Positions 35,201-44,992 of a stretch of 64,000 nt of DNA are shown here, piece after piece. The position numbers and the translations under genes are program-made. Source of the stretch: Ranitomeya imitator (lineage: Eukaryota); assembly GCF_032444005.1 (NCBI RefSeq), contig NC_091288.1, positions 210,366,001-210,430,000 of the forward strand, read 5' to 3'. Position 1 is the stretch's first letter; every line of letters begins with the position of its first letter. Under the pieces are notes generated by a model that worked only from the letters and a program-made list of their open reading frames with translations, did no database searches and was not told where the DNA came from.

Positions 35201-38200
35201 TTTCATTATTTACCATAATGTAATGATTACAATTAAACTTTCATATATTATAGATTCATTATCCACCAACTGAAATTTGTCAGGTCTTTTATTGTTTTAA
35301 TACTGATGATTTTGGCATACAACTCCTGATAACCCAAAAAACCTGTCTCAATAAATTAGCATATCAAGAAAAGGTTCTCTAAACGACCTATTACCCTAAT
35401 CTTCTGAATCAACTAATTAACTCTAAACACATGCAAAAGATACCTGAGGCTTTTATAAACTCCCTGCCTGGTTCATTACTCAAAACCCCCATCATGGGTA
35501 AGACTAGCGACCTGACAGATGTCAAGAAGGCCATCATTGACACCATCAAGCAAGAGGGTAAGGGTATGTTCACACGTTCAGGATTTCCATCCTTTTTTTT
35601 TCAGGACAGTTTTTTTAAAAAACTGCAGCTCTTGGCAGAAAACGCAGGTCCTTTTTTTGTCCTTTTTTGATGCGTTTTTGATGCGTTTTTTGATGCGTTT
35701 TTTTATCCTTTTTTTACTGTGTGTTTCCTAGGAAGCTTTTTAGGGCTNNNNNNNNNNNNNNNNNNNNNNNNNNNNNNNNNNNNNNNNNNNNNNNNNNNNN
35801 NNNNNNNNNNNNNNNNNNNNNNNNNNNNNNNNNNNNNNNNNNNNNNNNNNNNNNNNNNNNNNNNNNNNNNNNNNNNNNNNNCAATGGGGGTGACAAAGTG
35901 GGGGGGGTGTCATTTACTATTTTTTTATTTTGATCACTGAGATAGGTTATATCTCAGTGATCAAAATGCACTTTGGAGCGAATCTGCCGGCCGGCAGATT
36001 CGGCGGGCGCACTGCGCATGCGCCCGCCATTTTGCAAGATGGCGGCGCCCAGGGAGAAGACGGCCGGACGGACACCGGGACGCCGGGTAAGTATAAGGGG
36101 GGGAGATTAGGGCACGGGGGGGGCATCGGAGCACTGGGGGGGGGCATCGGAGCACGGGGGGGGGCATCGGAGCACGGGGGGGCGGGATCGGAGCACGGGG
36201 GGGCAGCCACACTCCGCCCACGCACTTCCGCCCGCTCCCCCGCACTTCCTGCTGCAGCGGTTCTGCACATCAAATCGCAGTAAAACCCGCAGATATATTT
36301 TTGATCTGCGGGTTTTACTGCGATTTTGACCTCACAATGGAGGTCTATGGGTGCAGAACCGCTGCGGTTCAGGAAGAAGAATTGACATGCTCCTTCTTTT
36401 TTCCGGGAGCTATTCAGCGCGGTTTTTTTTTTACAATTTCCGGACCATGTGCACAGTGTGTCCTGTTTTCCATAGGGTACAGTGTACTGTACCCTGCATG
36501 GAAAACAGCTGCGGAACCGCAGCGGCAAAACCGCCGTGGTTCCGCGGTAAAAAACGCACTGTGTGAACATGGCCTAAGACCCAGAAAGAAATTTCTCAAC
36601 AAATAGGCTGTTCCCAGAGTGCTGTATCAAGGCACCTCAATGGTAAGTCTGTTGGAAGGAAACAATGTGGCAGAAAACGCTGTACAACGAGAAGAGGAGA
36701 CCGGACCCTGAGGAAGATTGTGGAGAAGGACCGATTCCAGACCTTGGGGAACCTGAGGAAGCAGTGGACTGAGTCTGGTGTGGAAACATCCAGAGCCACC
36801 GTGCACAGGCGTGTGCAGGAAATGGGCTACAGGTGCCGCATTCCCCAGGTAAAGCCACTTTTGAACCATAAACAGCGGCAGAGGCGCCTGACCTGGGCTA
36901 CAGAGAAGCAGCACTGGACTGTTGCTAAGTGGTCCCAAGTACTTTTTTCTGATGAAAGCAAATTTTGCATGTCATTCGGAAATCAAGGTGCCAGAGTCTG
37001 GAGGAAGACTGGGGAGAAGGAAATGCCAAAATGCCTGAAGTCCAGTGTCAAGTACCCACAGTCAGTGATGGTGTGGGGTGCCATGTCAGCTGCTGGTGTT
37101 GGTCCACTGTGTTTCATCAAGGGCAGGGTCAATGCAGCTAGCTATCAGGAGATTTTGGAGCACTTCATGCTTCCATCGGCTGAAATGCTTTATGGAGATG
37201 AAGATTTCATTTTTCAGCACGACCTGGCACCTGCTCACAGTGCCAAAACCACTGGTAAATGGTTTACTGACCATGGTATTACTGTGCTCAATTGGCCTGC
37301 CAACTCTCCTGACCTGAACCCCATAGAGAATCTGTGGGATATTGTGAAGAGAAAGTTGAGAGACGCAAGACCCAACACTCTGGATGAGCTTAAGGCCGCT
37401 ATTGAAGCATCCTGGGCCTCCATAACATCTCAGCAGTGTCACAGGCTGATTGCCTCCATGCCACGCCGCATTGAAGCAGTCATTTCTGCCAAAGGATTCC
37501 CGACCAAGTATTGAGTGCATAACTGAACATTATTATTTGATGGTTTTTTTGTTTGTTATTAAAAAACACTTTTATTTGATTGGATGGGTGAAATATGCTA
37601 ATTTATTGAGACAGGTTTTTTGGGTTATCAGGAGTTGTATGCCAAAATCATCAGTATTAAAACAATAAAAGACCTGACAAATTTCAGTTGGTGGATAATG
37701 AATCTATAATATATGAAAGTTTAATTGTAATCATTACATTATGGTAAATAATGAAATTTAACACTATATGCTAATTTTTTGAGAAGGACCTGTAGACTTA
37801 CTCCAATTTATCCTAAGCCCCGACACTGATCCGAATCGTTCAATAATCCCAATGGCTCCCTCCAAGGATGCAACCGGGTCAGCCAGAAATAGCAGAATGT
37901 CATCCGCATACAACGCCACCCTTTCTTCAATCACCCCATATTTAAACCCCGTCATCTCATCAGACTGTCGAAGCGTAGCGGCCAGTGGTTCCACCGCCAG
38001 AGCAAACAAAAGGGGGGAAAGCGGACACCCCTGTCTCGTCCCTCTAGCCAATTGTATGGTCCGTGACAACTCCCCGTTTACCCTAACCCTGGCCATCGGC
38101 ATCGAGTACATTAATTGAATCCATGATATGAACTGCGGTCCAAACCCCATTCTTCGCAACACCTGCCAGAGATACCCCCACTCCATACTATCGAACGCCT

Positions 38201-41200
38201 TGTGAGCGTCTAAAGATGCAATAACTCTCTGGCCACAGTTATCGGCTTTGAGTTGCAAGTTCATATACAGCCTTCGTAGATTAATCGCAGTTGACCTATC
38301 AGGCATAAAGCCAGACTGGTCTGAGTGTATCAGGCCAGAAATAACACTTGTCAACCTCATCGCCAACACCTTAGCCAGGAGTTTAACGTCGATAGTAAGC
38401 AAAGAAATTGGCCGATATGAATCCGGCTGTGTCGGGTCTTTCCCCTCCTTTGGAATCACCACTATTGTGGCCTCCCGCATAGATGCCGGTAGCCTTCCAC
38501 CATTCGTAGCCTCTTCCAAGACCGCCTTCAATTTAGGGATCAACACTTCCCCCAAGCTTTTATAAATTTCGGCAGGAAATCCATCTACGCCAGGCGCCTT
38601 CCCATTAGCCATCGACTGCAATGCCCGTCCCAGTTCCTCCTCCGTAATGGGAGCCTCCAAATCCTCCCTAGCTGTGTCACTCAGCCTCGGGAGCTCCAAC
38701 TCCTCAAGGAACGCCACCGTGTCCTCCATTGACCCATCTACCCGAGAGGAGTATAAGTCTGCGTAAAAATCTGCAAAAGTCTCCAAAATCTCTGAAGTCT
38801 CAGAAACAGCAACACCACTCCCAGTCACCAAAGAGTGAACAAAGGAAGTATTTCTCTGGGCAGATGCCACCAGCGACAGCAAATGACCCACTGATTCACC
38901 CTCCTGGTAATAGGCCAAATTCATGAATTCCCTCTTCCTTTCAGCTTTACTCAGCAAGACCGCCTCTAGCTGGCTTTGAGCTGCCTTTAACCTCCTCCCA
39001 GCCTCCAAAGTACTCATTATTACCATCTCATCTTCAGCCACCCTCAGCCCATCTATCGCCAACCTCTCTGCCTCTCTCGATTTCCGCTTACACCTGCTAA
39101 TATCCCTAAACAACAGCCCTCTCAAGTACGCTTTCATGGCTTCCCACACAGTAAGCACATCTACGCTACCCTCATTTATCTCAAAAAATTCCACCAATTC
39201 CTTCTTAATCTTCTCCAAGTCTATACTGTGTAGCCAATTAGGGTGAATTTTCCACTCCCTTCTGCTCCCGTTCCGTGTCCCCACTGATCGAAATTCCACC
39301 TCAACTGGACTATGGTCTGAGAGAGCCCTAGGTAAATATCTCACGTCCCTTACCATCGTATCTAGTAATCGGTTACCCAGTGCCAGATCAATCCTAGACA
39401 GCGTACCATGAGCTGGTGAGTAGCATGAATACGCCCTTTCCCCGATATGCCTAACTCTCCATAAATCAACCATGCCCACTTCCCCAACATAAGTCCCAAA
39501 CGTAGTGGTATGTCCCGCCGTCCTATTCTGGGGGGTTTTGTTCTTATCCCAAAAGTCATCACATATATTATTAAGGTCGCCGATAATTAGTAATGGTAAC
39601 GGTCCCCAGCGCTCTACCCTCTCCAGCACCTCTCTTATCTTCTTGCTTGAGTATGGGGGCGGAATATACATGGCCACTATACACATCAATACTCCATTCA
39701 TTTCACATTTCACCACCACATACTGACCATCGACATCCTCTTTTACCATTACCTCCTCATACTGCACCCCCGCAGGTATTAACACAGACACACCCCTAGA
39801 GTACGTCGAGAAAGTAGAATGATACGCCCTCTGTATGGCCTCCTATACTTTACACTGCAGCTCTGCTCGCTCAGATTAATCCATTACGTGGAAAGGCGAC
39901 TTCAGAGGATCAGAAAACGGCGAGGACCATTCTTACATTATGTCAGTGATATAGAAAAAGCGACTCCCTGCAAAAAGGGGGAAGAAACGGAACAGGAGGT
40001 CGAGGACACGGAGTATTAAGTTGTGTAATGGCTTCCATTACCGCCATCTGGACACAGAAAATGCAGAAATAATCAAATAGAGAGAGGACTTGATTTATAA
40101 CTGTCGGACCCGGAGGATAAAGTAGGGAGCCCACCTCTGGAGAAAAATCTTTTTTTTTTTTACTTAAATGCATGAATTTTGAGCTAAAAATTACTTTTGC
40201 AATTGGATTGTATTTAAAATTTCTAGAGCCTCTGTATTTTGCTGACTATGAATGAGTTAACTGAGAATCTGTCAGTGAGCACATGCTGATAAGAGTTTTC
40301 AGCTCTATTTTCTGAGCTCCTCTAGGCTGATTTATGTTCTTGCAGCACAGGAAATATAAATGTACAGGAAAATGAAAGCAAAAGGTATTTAAAAAAAGCC
40401 AATTGCAAAAATTATATTTAGTCCCAAGTACAGGCATTTAAAAGGAGATATTGTTCCCGTAATTGGAAAATACCTTTAAGGATAACGTAACAAGGGATGA
40501 AGATCCGCACATAGAACAGGAGATGAATTCACTGCACATTTCTCCTCTATATAGAAAGAGATGAAATCCACAGTGAAAATTTGCTCCAGAGATTCTGAGT
40601 GCAGGTCAATTACCGCCCGGAGGATGAGATTTCGTCCCCACAGCCAGTACTCCGCTGGCACTGCGCGTTTAGAGCCAGATTTTTGGCACAAGTATGGGGA
40701 CGTTTCTCAGGGTCTTTACCTCTGAAGTCCAATCAGTTTCCACTTCTGGAAGTCCATGACGTGCAGGGGGGAGGTCTCCCACATCTTGATGGGTTTGGCT
40801 ACGTGTCCATTATTGGGGACAAACACGGACAGCGCCGTCACAAGTTTTTTCACAAAGGCTTCGTCTTCACCCAACACGACGAGGGTCCTCCCGCTAAGCA
40901 GAGAGTAAATGGCGGGGTGAGAGAAGGGGTACTGCCTGATGAACATCAGAGCGTTTTGGCCAGCTTTCCTTTTTTGGCGCTCGGTGATGGTGGCGACAGG
41001 GGGAGGGGAAGGGGTCCTATCGGAGCAGGTGGAGGCGCCGCTCCTGTAGCTGGTGGAGTCCTCGTCCAGAGTCATTTTCCCACCGTCCCTGCTGCTCAAT
41101 AGGTAGTTGGACTCTGGAGCAGAGAAGCTTTCCCCGGATGGGTCGTCCACTTGCTCCACGCAGAATTTCACCGGACCGAACGTATGGCTGATGTGCCTGC

Positions 41201-42914
41201 CGGGCTGAGGTGGCACGCTGACTACGACGCCATCGCTTGGCACAAGATCTCCGGCTAACTCGTCAAGGATGGGACTCTCAGTCCGTATACAACAAGCCGG
41301 GTCCACCGTCAGATCGACCTCGTTGGCTTTATCGTTGTCCTCGAAAATGGCACAGTCCTCGCCCTCGGCAGAGGTCTCCTCTTCGTTAATGGCTATTTGG
41401 TAAGAGGCTCGGAAATCTTCGGGGATCACAGTTTCGGATGTACAAGTACTAAGGACTTCAATACTGTCCTCGCTGATGGTCCTCCGGCTGCCGGATTTCC
41501 GCCTGGACTGCGGGCTCGGATGAAGCGTCAGGCACGGTTGACTCTCTGAATGGACGAGGAGCGTAGACTTCTCCGTCTGTAAAACCTCGATGCTCTCTCC
41601 ACTGCTCACACTCCCTTTGGTCTCCGCCTCGAGACCCTCTGTGTTGCTGGTCGCCTCATCCTGGTCATCGTCAAACGCCTCCTGCTCAATTTTAATCCGC
41701 ACAGACTCCACGCTGGACTTATAGGACTCCACACTGACTGACGGCTTCATGTCTTCCTCCACTTTAGCAGCGCTCGGCTGGTTTGAATATTGCCTGGCGA
41801 TGGGTTTAGGATCCAAGGTGGAGACGTCCTCAAAGAGAAAGTTTGTAATGGCTTGCTGGCCCAGGAGGGTCCTGTCCAGGTGGCTCATGATTAAGTAGCT
41901 GACGTCGCCCCGATAGCGCTTCTCGATGGCTGTTAAGAGGTCCATTGTTTGGGTGAAGAAGTAAACGTCCACCAGCTCCTCCAAGGTCTTCAGCTTCTTA
42001 TCGAAACATTTGGAAGACTTGGCTTTGATGAATTTGGGGGTGTAGGAGGAGCGAGGGGTGTAGACCTCAGGGTCATCGTCGTCACCTTCATGGTCGGAGG
42101 TGGTGACCGGGTCCGGCACGTACGGCTGGTAGTCCTCCCCCTTTAGGTGTCGGTATGGGTAGGACTGGATCTGTCTCAGAAGGTCCTGGTGCTCGATCAT
42201 GGACTTCTCCACATTGGCCAGCTCGTTGGCCTTCTCGATGGCCTGAGTGGTGTAAAAACCCTGGTGGTCCGTCTTCTCCTGCTCATCCATCTCGTCCAGG
42301 AGGACGCTCCGGGTGTAGTCCAGGTCCTTCAGCTTCTTCTCCAGCTCGTTGGCGAACGCTTTGCGGTTTCCGGTCTTGAGACATTCGGACGCCTTGGAGA
42401 AGTCGCCCGAGAGCTGCAGGAACTGATCCATGATCTTGTCCTCGTCGGTGGAGATGTAGGCCATGCAGAAGGGGCGCACGAAGCCTCGCGCTTCCAGGTC
42501 GTACAGCGTCAGGTGGTGCACGTAGGCGAACGCCCCTTCCTTGGAGTCGCCCAGGACCACCTTGGAGTCCTCCACAAAGTTCAGCTTGGGGTAGGAAGAC
42601 CCCGGGGGGTGACCCACGAACGAGGCCTGGTAGTCCACCGACATGATGCGCAGGGAGAAGTAGTTGAGGTCGAAGGCGCCGCGGACGCGGGGGTCGTCGG
42701 GGACGGTGAGAAGAGGCTGCGGCCCCACCTGCTCCGAGAACTCCGAGATCAGGATGAAGTCCCTGATGAATTTGGCCCCCGAAAGCCGGGACCAGGGGCT
42801 GCTCTCTGGAAACAGCGGCACCGAGTACTCCTCTGGAAGCCCCGGGGAGCCCTGCAGGGGGGAGTCATACTCCTCGTCTCGGGTAAACGCCACCACATCC
42901 GGAGAGCCGATCAT
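32272..42914 (-). CDS. SMCR8: SMCR8 (C9orf72-SMCR8-WDR41 complex subunit, DENN-type), 2 coding exons, 882 aa
   Basis: Exon 1 CDS is 42914-40720 (MIGSPDVVAF...FSEQVGPQPL...KLIGLQR, donor AG|gtaaag). Exon 2 is 32725-32272 (acceptor cgtag|G, ...TLSRYSRYASILDADNKTLRCP...FDYIPSILYKI*). Phases join (2195+454=2649 nt). The sequence matches vertebrate SMCR8 as recalled, and the gene sits in the canonical position between SHMT1 and TOP3A. Confidence 0.97.
33243..33570. mobile_element. Kolobok/T2-type palindromic MITE in the L1 3' UTR
   Basis: TTAA at 33239-33242 and 33571-33574. Ends are agggaacctgtcacctgaatttggcgggac / gtcccgccaaattcaggtgacagagtccct. The element is an almost complete fold-back. Confidence 0.9.
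35562..36574. mobile_element. PIF/Harbinger-type MITE inserted in the Tc1 transposase (contains an assembly gap)
   Basis: TAA TSD at 35559-35561 and 36575-36577. Ends are gggtatgttcacac ... gtgtgaacatggcc. Removal restores the Tc1 reading frame. The internal N gap means this could be two adjacent elements. Confidence 0.8.
35748..35881. other. Assembly gap (N run)
   Basis: 134 N. Confidence 0.99.
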
Positions 42915-42959
42915 CTTGTCACAAACACCTCACAGGGAGGGCGCCATCTTGAATTGCGA

Positions 42960-43696
42960 ACCACATGACATCCCAGTGACGTCACGGATTCCCGCTAAAG
43001 TAGCACAAGTCCGGAGCATATGAGAGAGAAACCCGGCAGCCAGGGAGATACCGTCCTTCCTTCCGCATCACCGGAGAGACACGAATGCCGGGAATTGTAG
43101 TTCTGACACGATCACATGACTACTACGGGGTCCGGAAAGGGTCAGAAGTAGGTCACGTGATCAACCAGTGACGTCACTCCTGAACGCGTCAGAACGAATT
43201 CTCTCAAACTAGGCTGTTGTGTCCACAATAAGTTTAGGTCTTCTTCACTTACTCCGAAAAACGTAACAAAATAAAAAAAAAAACTTAAAAAGAAATAAGA
43301 AAAATTACCAGAAATGCATGTCGGGAATTGTAGTTCAGATAAAGGTCACGTGACTACTTCCTGGCGTCACTCTGGCAGGAGACTGCTTGTTTACATCAAA
43401 TTAGAATATATTATACATATTAAGAAGTATTATTCATTGGTAACCCTGAAGATAACATGAACATTGAGAAAAAAAAAGTAAGTAAAAAAATAACACTAAT
43501 GCATGACGGGAGTTGTAGTTTTGAATGCCGATCACATGACTAAATCGTGACGTCAGTGCCGGCACGGAGCTCGTAAGGCATGCCGGGACTTGCAGGTCAC
43601 ATTGATCACGTGATGTCTATCAGCGCCGCTACGTTGAGCGAAGAGGGTCATTCTGCAGCAGCAAAGCGAATGCCTGCGCGGGAAGCGACGTGGAGT
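42960..43696. promoter_or_regulatory. Bidirectional SMCR8/TOP3A promoter plus TOP3A non-coding first exon (donor gt|gtaagt at 43697)
   Basis: CpG-rich. GGGA(A/G)TTGTAGT (ZNF143/THAP11-type ACTACAnnTCCC) at 43090, 43323 and 43508. E-box/CLEAR-like GTCACGTGAC at 43345, GGTCACGTGATC at 43151, and GATCACATGAC at 43110 and 43530. CRE TGACGTCA at 42977, 43169 and 43548. The TOP3A ATG exon begins at an acceptor (44895-44896), so an upstream exon is required. Confidence 0.8.
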
Positions 43697-43989
43697 GTAA
43701 GTATTCACAACTCCTTATTAGTACGTAGTTCTTTATGAGAGAAGAATAGATATTTGCCTCCTGCTACTCACAACAGCTGAGCGTTCGTTGCAATGTGTCA
43801 GCGGGGGTCTCTGATATGGATTCCCCTGTGTGATACCGGGGAGAAGAAGAAAGTCGTGTAACTGAGAGTGTTCCCATTCACTGCCAGCAAGCAGAGGTGA
43901 GGAGAGTGGTGAGGAATGGGTCCGCAAGGCCTGGGGTGTGGGGAATCGAGGTATTCAGTGCTATGGGATGCGATCTGACAGCCTATTAA

Positions 43990-44730
43990 CCCCTTCCCGG
44001 TGTGGGACGTACGGGGCCGGTGACACAGTCGCCAGCGGTGATCAGAGCCGACTCCGATCACCGCGGTTTAACTATTTAGATGCCAATGTCTTTCCTCGGG
44101 CGGCCTTTAATCAGTTCACTTGAGAGTGGAGTGCCGACAGGTTACCACGGCAGCTGGCGCCTTGCTGAAAGCCCCCGTCCACGCCATTTTTATTGCAATT
44201 TTTTTTACTATATACCATAGTATATATTACAGGCAATCACAGGCTCAAATCCTGTAAAAGGAGAAAAAAAAAGTGAACACANNNNNNNNNNNNNNNNNNN
44301 NNNNNNNNNNNNNNNNNNNNNNNNNNNNNNNNNNNNNNNNNNNNNNNNNNNNNNNNNNNNNNNNNNNNNNNNNNNNNNNNNNNNNNNNNNNNNNNNNNNN
44401 NNNNNNNNNGAATAAATTAGCTGTAAAATAAAAAAAAATAATCAAAGCTGTTTTTTGTTTTTTTGGGGGGGAGGGGGGGGGTCATCTCCGAAAAATTGAA
44501 TTAAAGGCGATTAAATTGTTGAATGTACTCCAAAATGGTACCTGTAAAACTACCGCTCGAGGTGGAAAATAACAAGACTCCATCAACGGAAAAATAAAAG
44601 TTATGGATCCTAGAATATGACACAATTATTTATTTATGTTTTTTCTACAAATTTCAGATATTTTTGTAACCAATAAAATAAATATATTTATATATATATA
44701 AGTTTGGCATAGCTGTAATTGCGTTAACTT
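43990..44730 (+). mobile_element. piggyBac-type remnant spanning an assembly gap in TOP3A intron 1
   Basis: TTAA|CCCCTTCCCGG start at 43986-43990 and A-rich internal sequence resembling the other TTAA elements. The right end is unresolved. Confidence 0.45.
44282..44409. other. Assembly gap (N run)
   Basis: 128 N. Confidence 0.99.
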
Positions 44731-44935
44731 GAAGAAAAGCAAAGGGAGGGAGAAAAAAACAAACAAAAGCGCAGAAATGGAAAATCGTCCGGCTGTAAAG
44801 GATGGGGAGGAGAGGGAGCCAGGGCCGTGCATTCCTGTGAGGTCTCCGTGACTCTGTGACTAAGGCATGGTTTGATTAGTATTACTTCTTTTACAGGGAG
44901 GCGTTGACCTCATCGGTTTTCTGTAGCGCTCAGAC

Positions 44936-44992
44936 ATGAACACCGCTGTCACCTCGCGTAATGATCCTCCAGAGAAGTATTTTAGTTTTTAG
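44936..44992 (+). promoter_or_regulatory. Out-of-frame uORF (18 codons) overlapping the first TOP3A ATG
   Basis: ATG at 44936 reads AAC ACC GCT ... TTT TAG (stop 44990-44992). It lies 25 nt upstream of ATG 44961, so it is out of frame, and it ends before ATG 45045. Confidence 0.7.

Larger units (their letters stand above)
35165..37792 (+). mobile_element. Tc1 (DD34E, IR/DR-type) DNA transposon with ~200-bp TIRs; transposase interrupted by a MITE
   Basis: TA TSD at 35163-35164 and 37793-37794. TIRs at 35165-35364 and 37593-37792, each with two copies of ctcaa(a/t)aaattagcatat. Transposase runs from ATG 35494 (MGKTSDLTDVKKAIIDTIKQEG|KTQKEISQQIGCSQ...) to stop 37514, with FSDESKF, FQHD-34 aa-E and SPDLNPIENLW. 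Confidence 0.95.
33067..39835 (-). mobile_element. 5'-truncated L1-clade LINE in the SMCR8 intron (same sense as SMCR8), interrupted by a Tc1 element and a MITE
   Basis: 16-bp TSD TGGCCTCCTATACTTT at 33051-33066 and 39836-39851. A-rich tail with AATAAA (plus-strand TTTATT 33086-33091). ORF2 pieces at 39791-37793 (APE endonuclease GDLN/SDH, RT QGCPLSP and YADD) and 35162-33628 (C-terminal CPRC...HMMWTC) join in frame as INWSKS|ILFKV once the Tc1 is removed. Confidence 0.95.

Noticed and set aside
40599-43023. Plus-strand ORFs of 119-273 aa overlapping SMCR8 exon 1
   Set aside because: Antisense shadow ORFs of a GC-rich coding exon.
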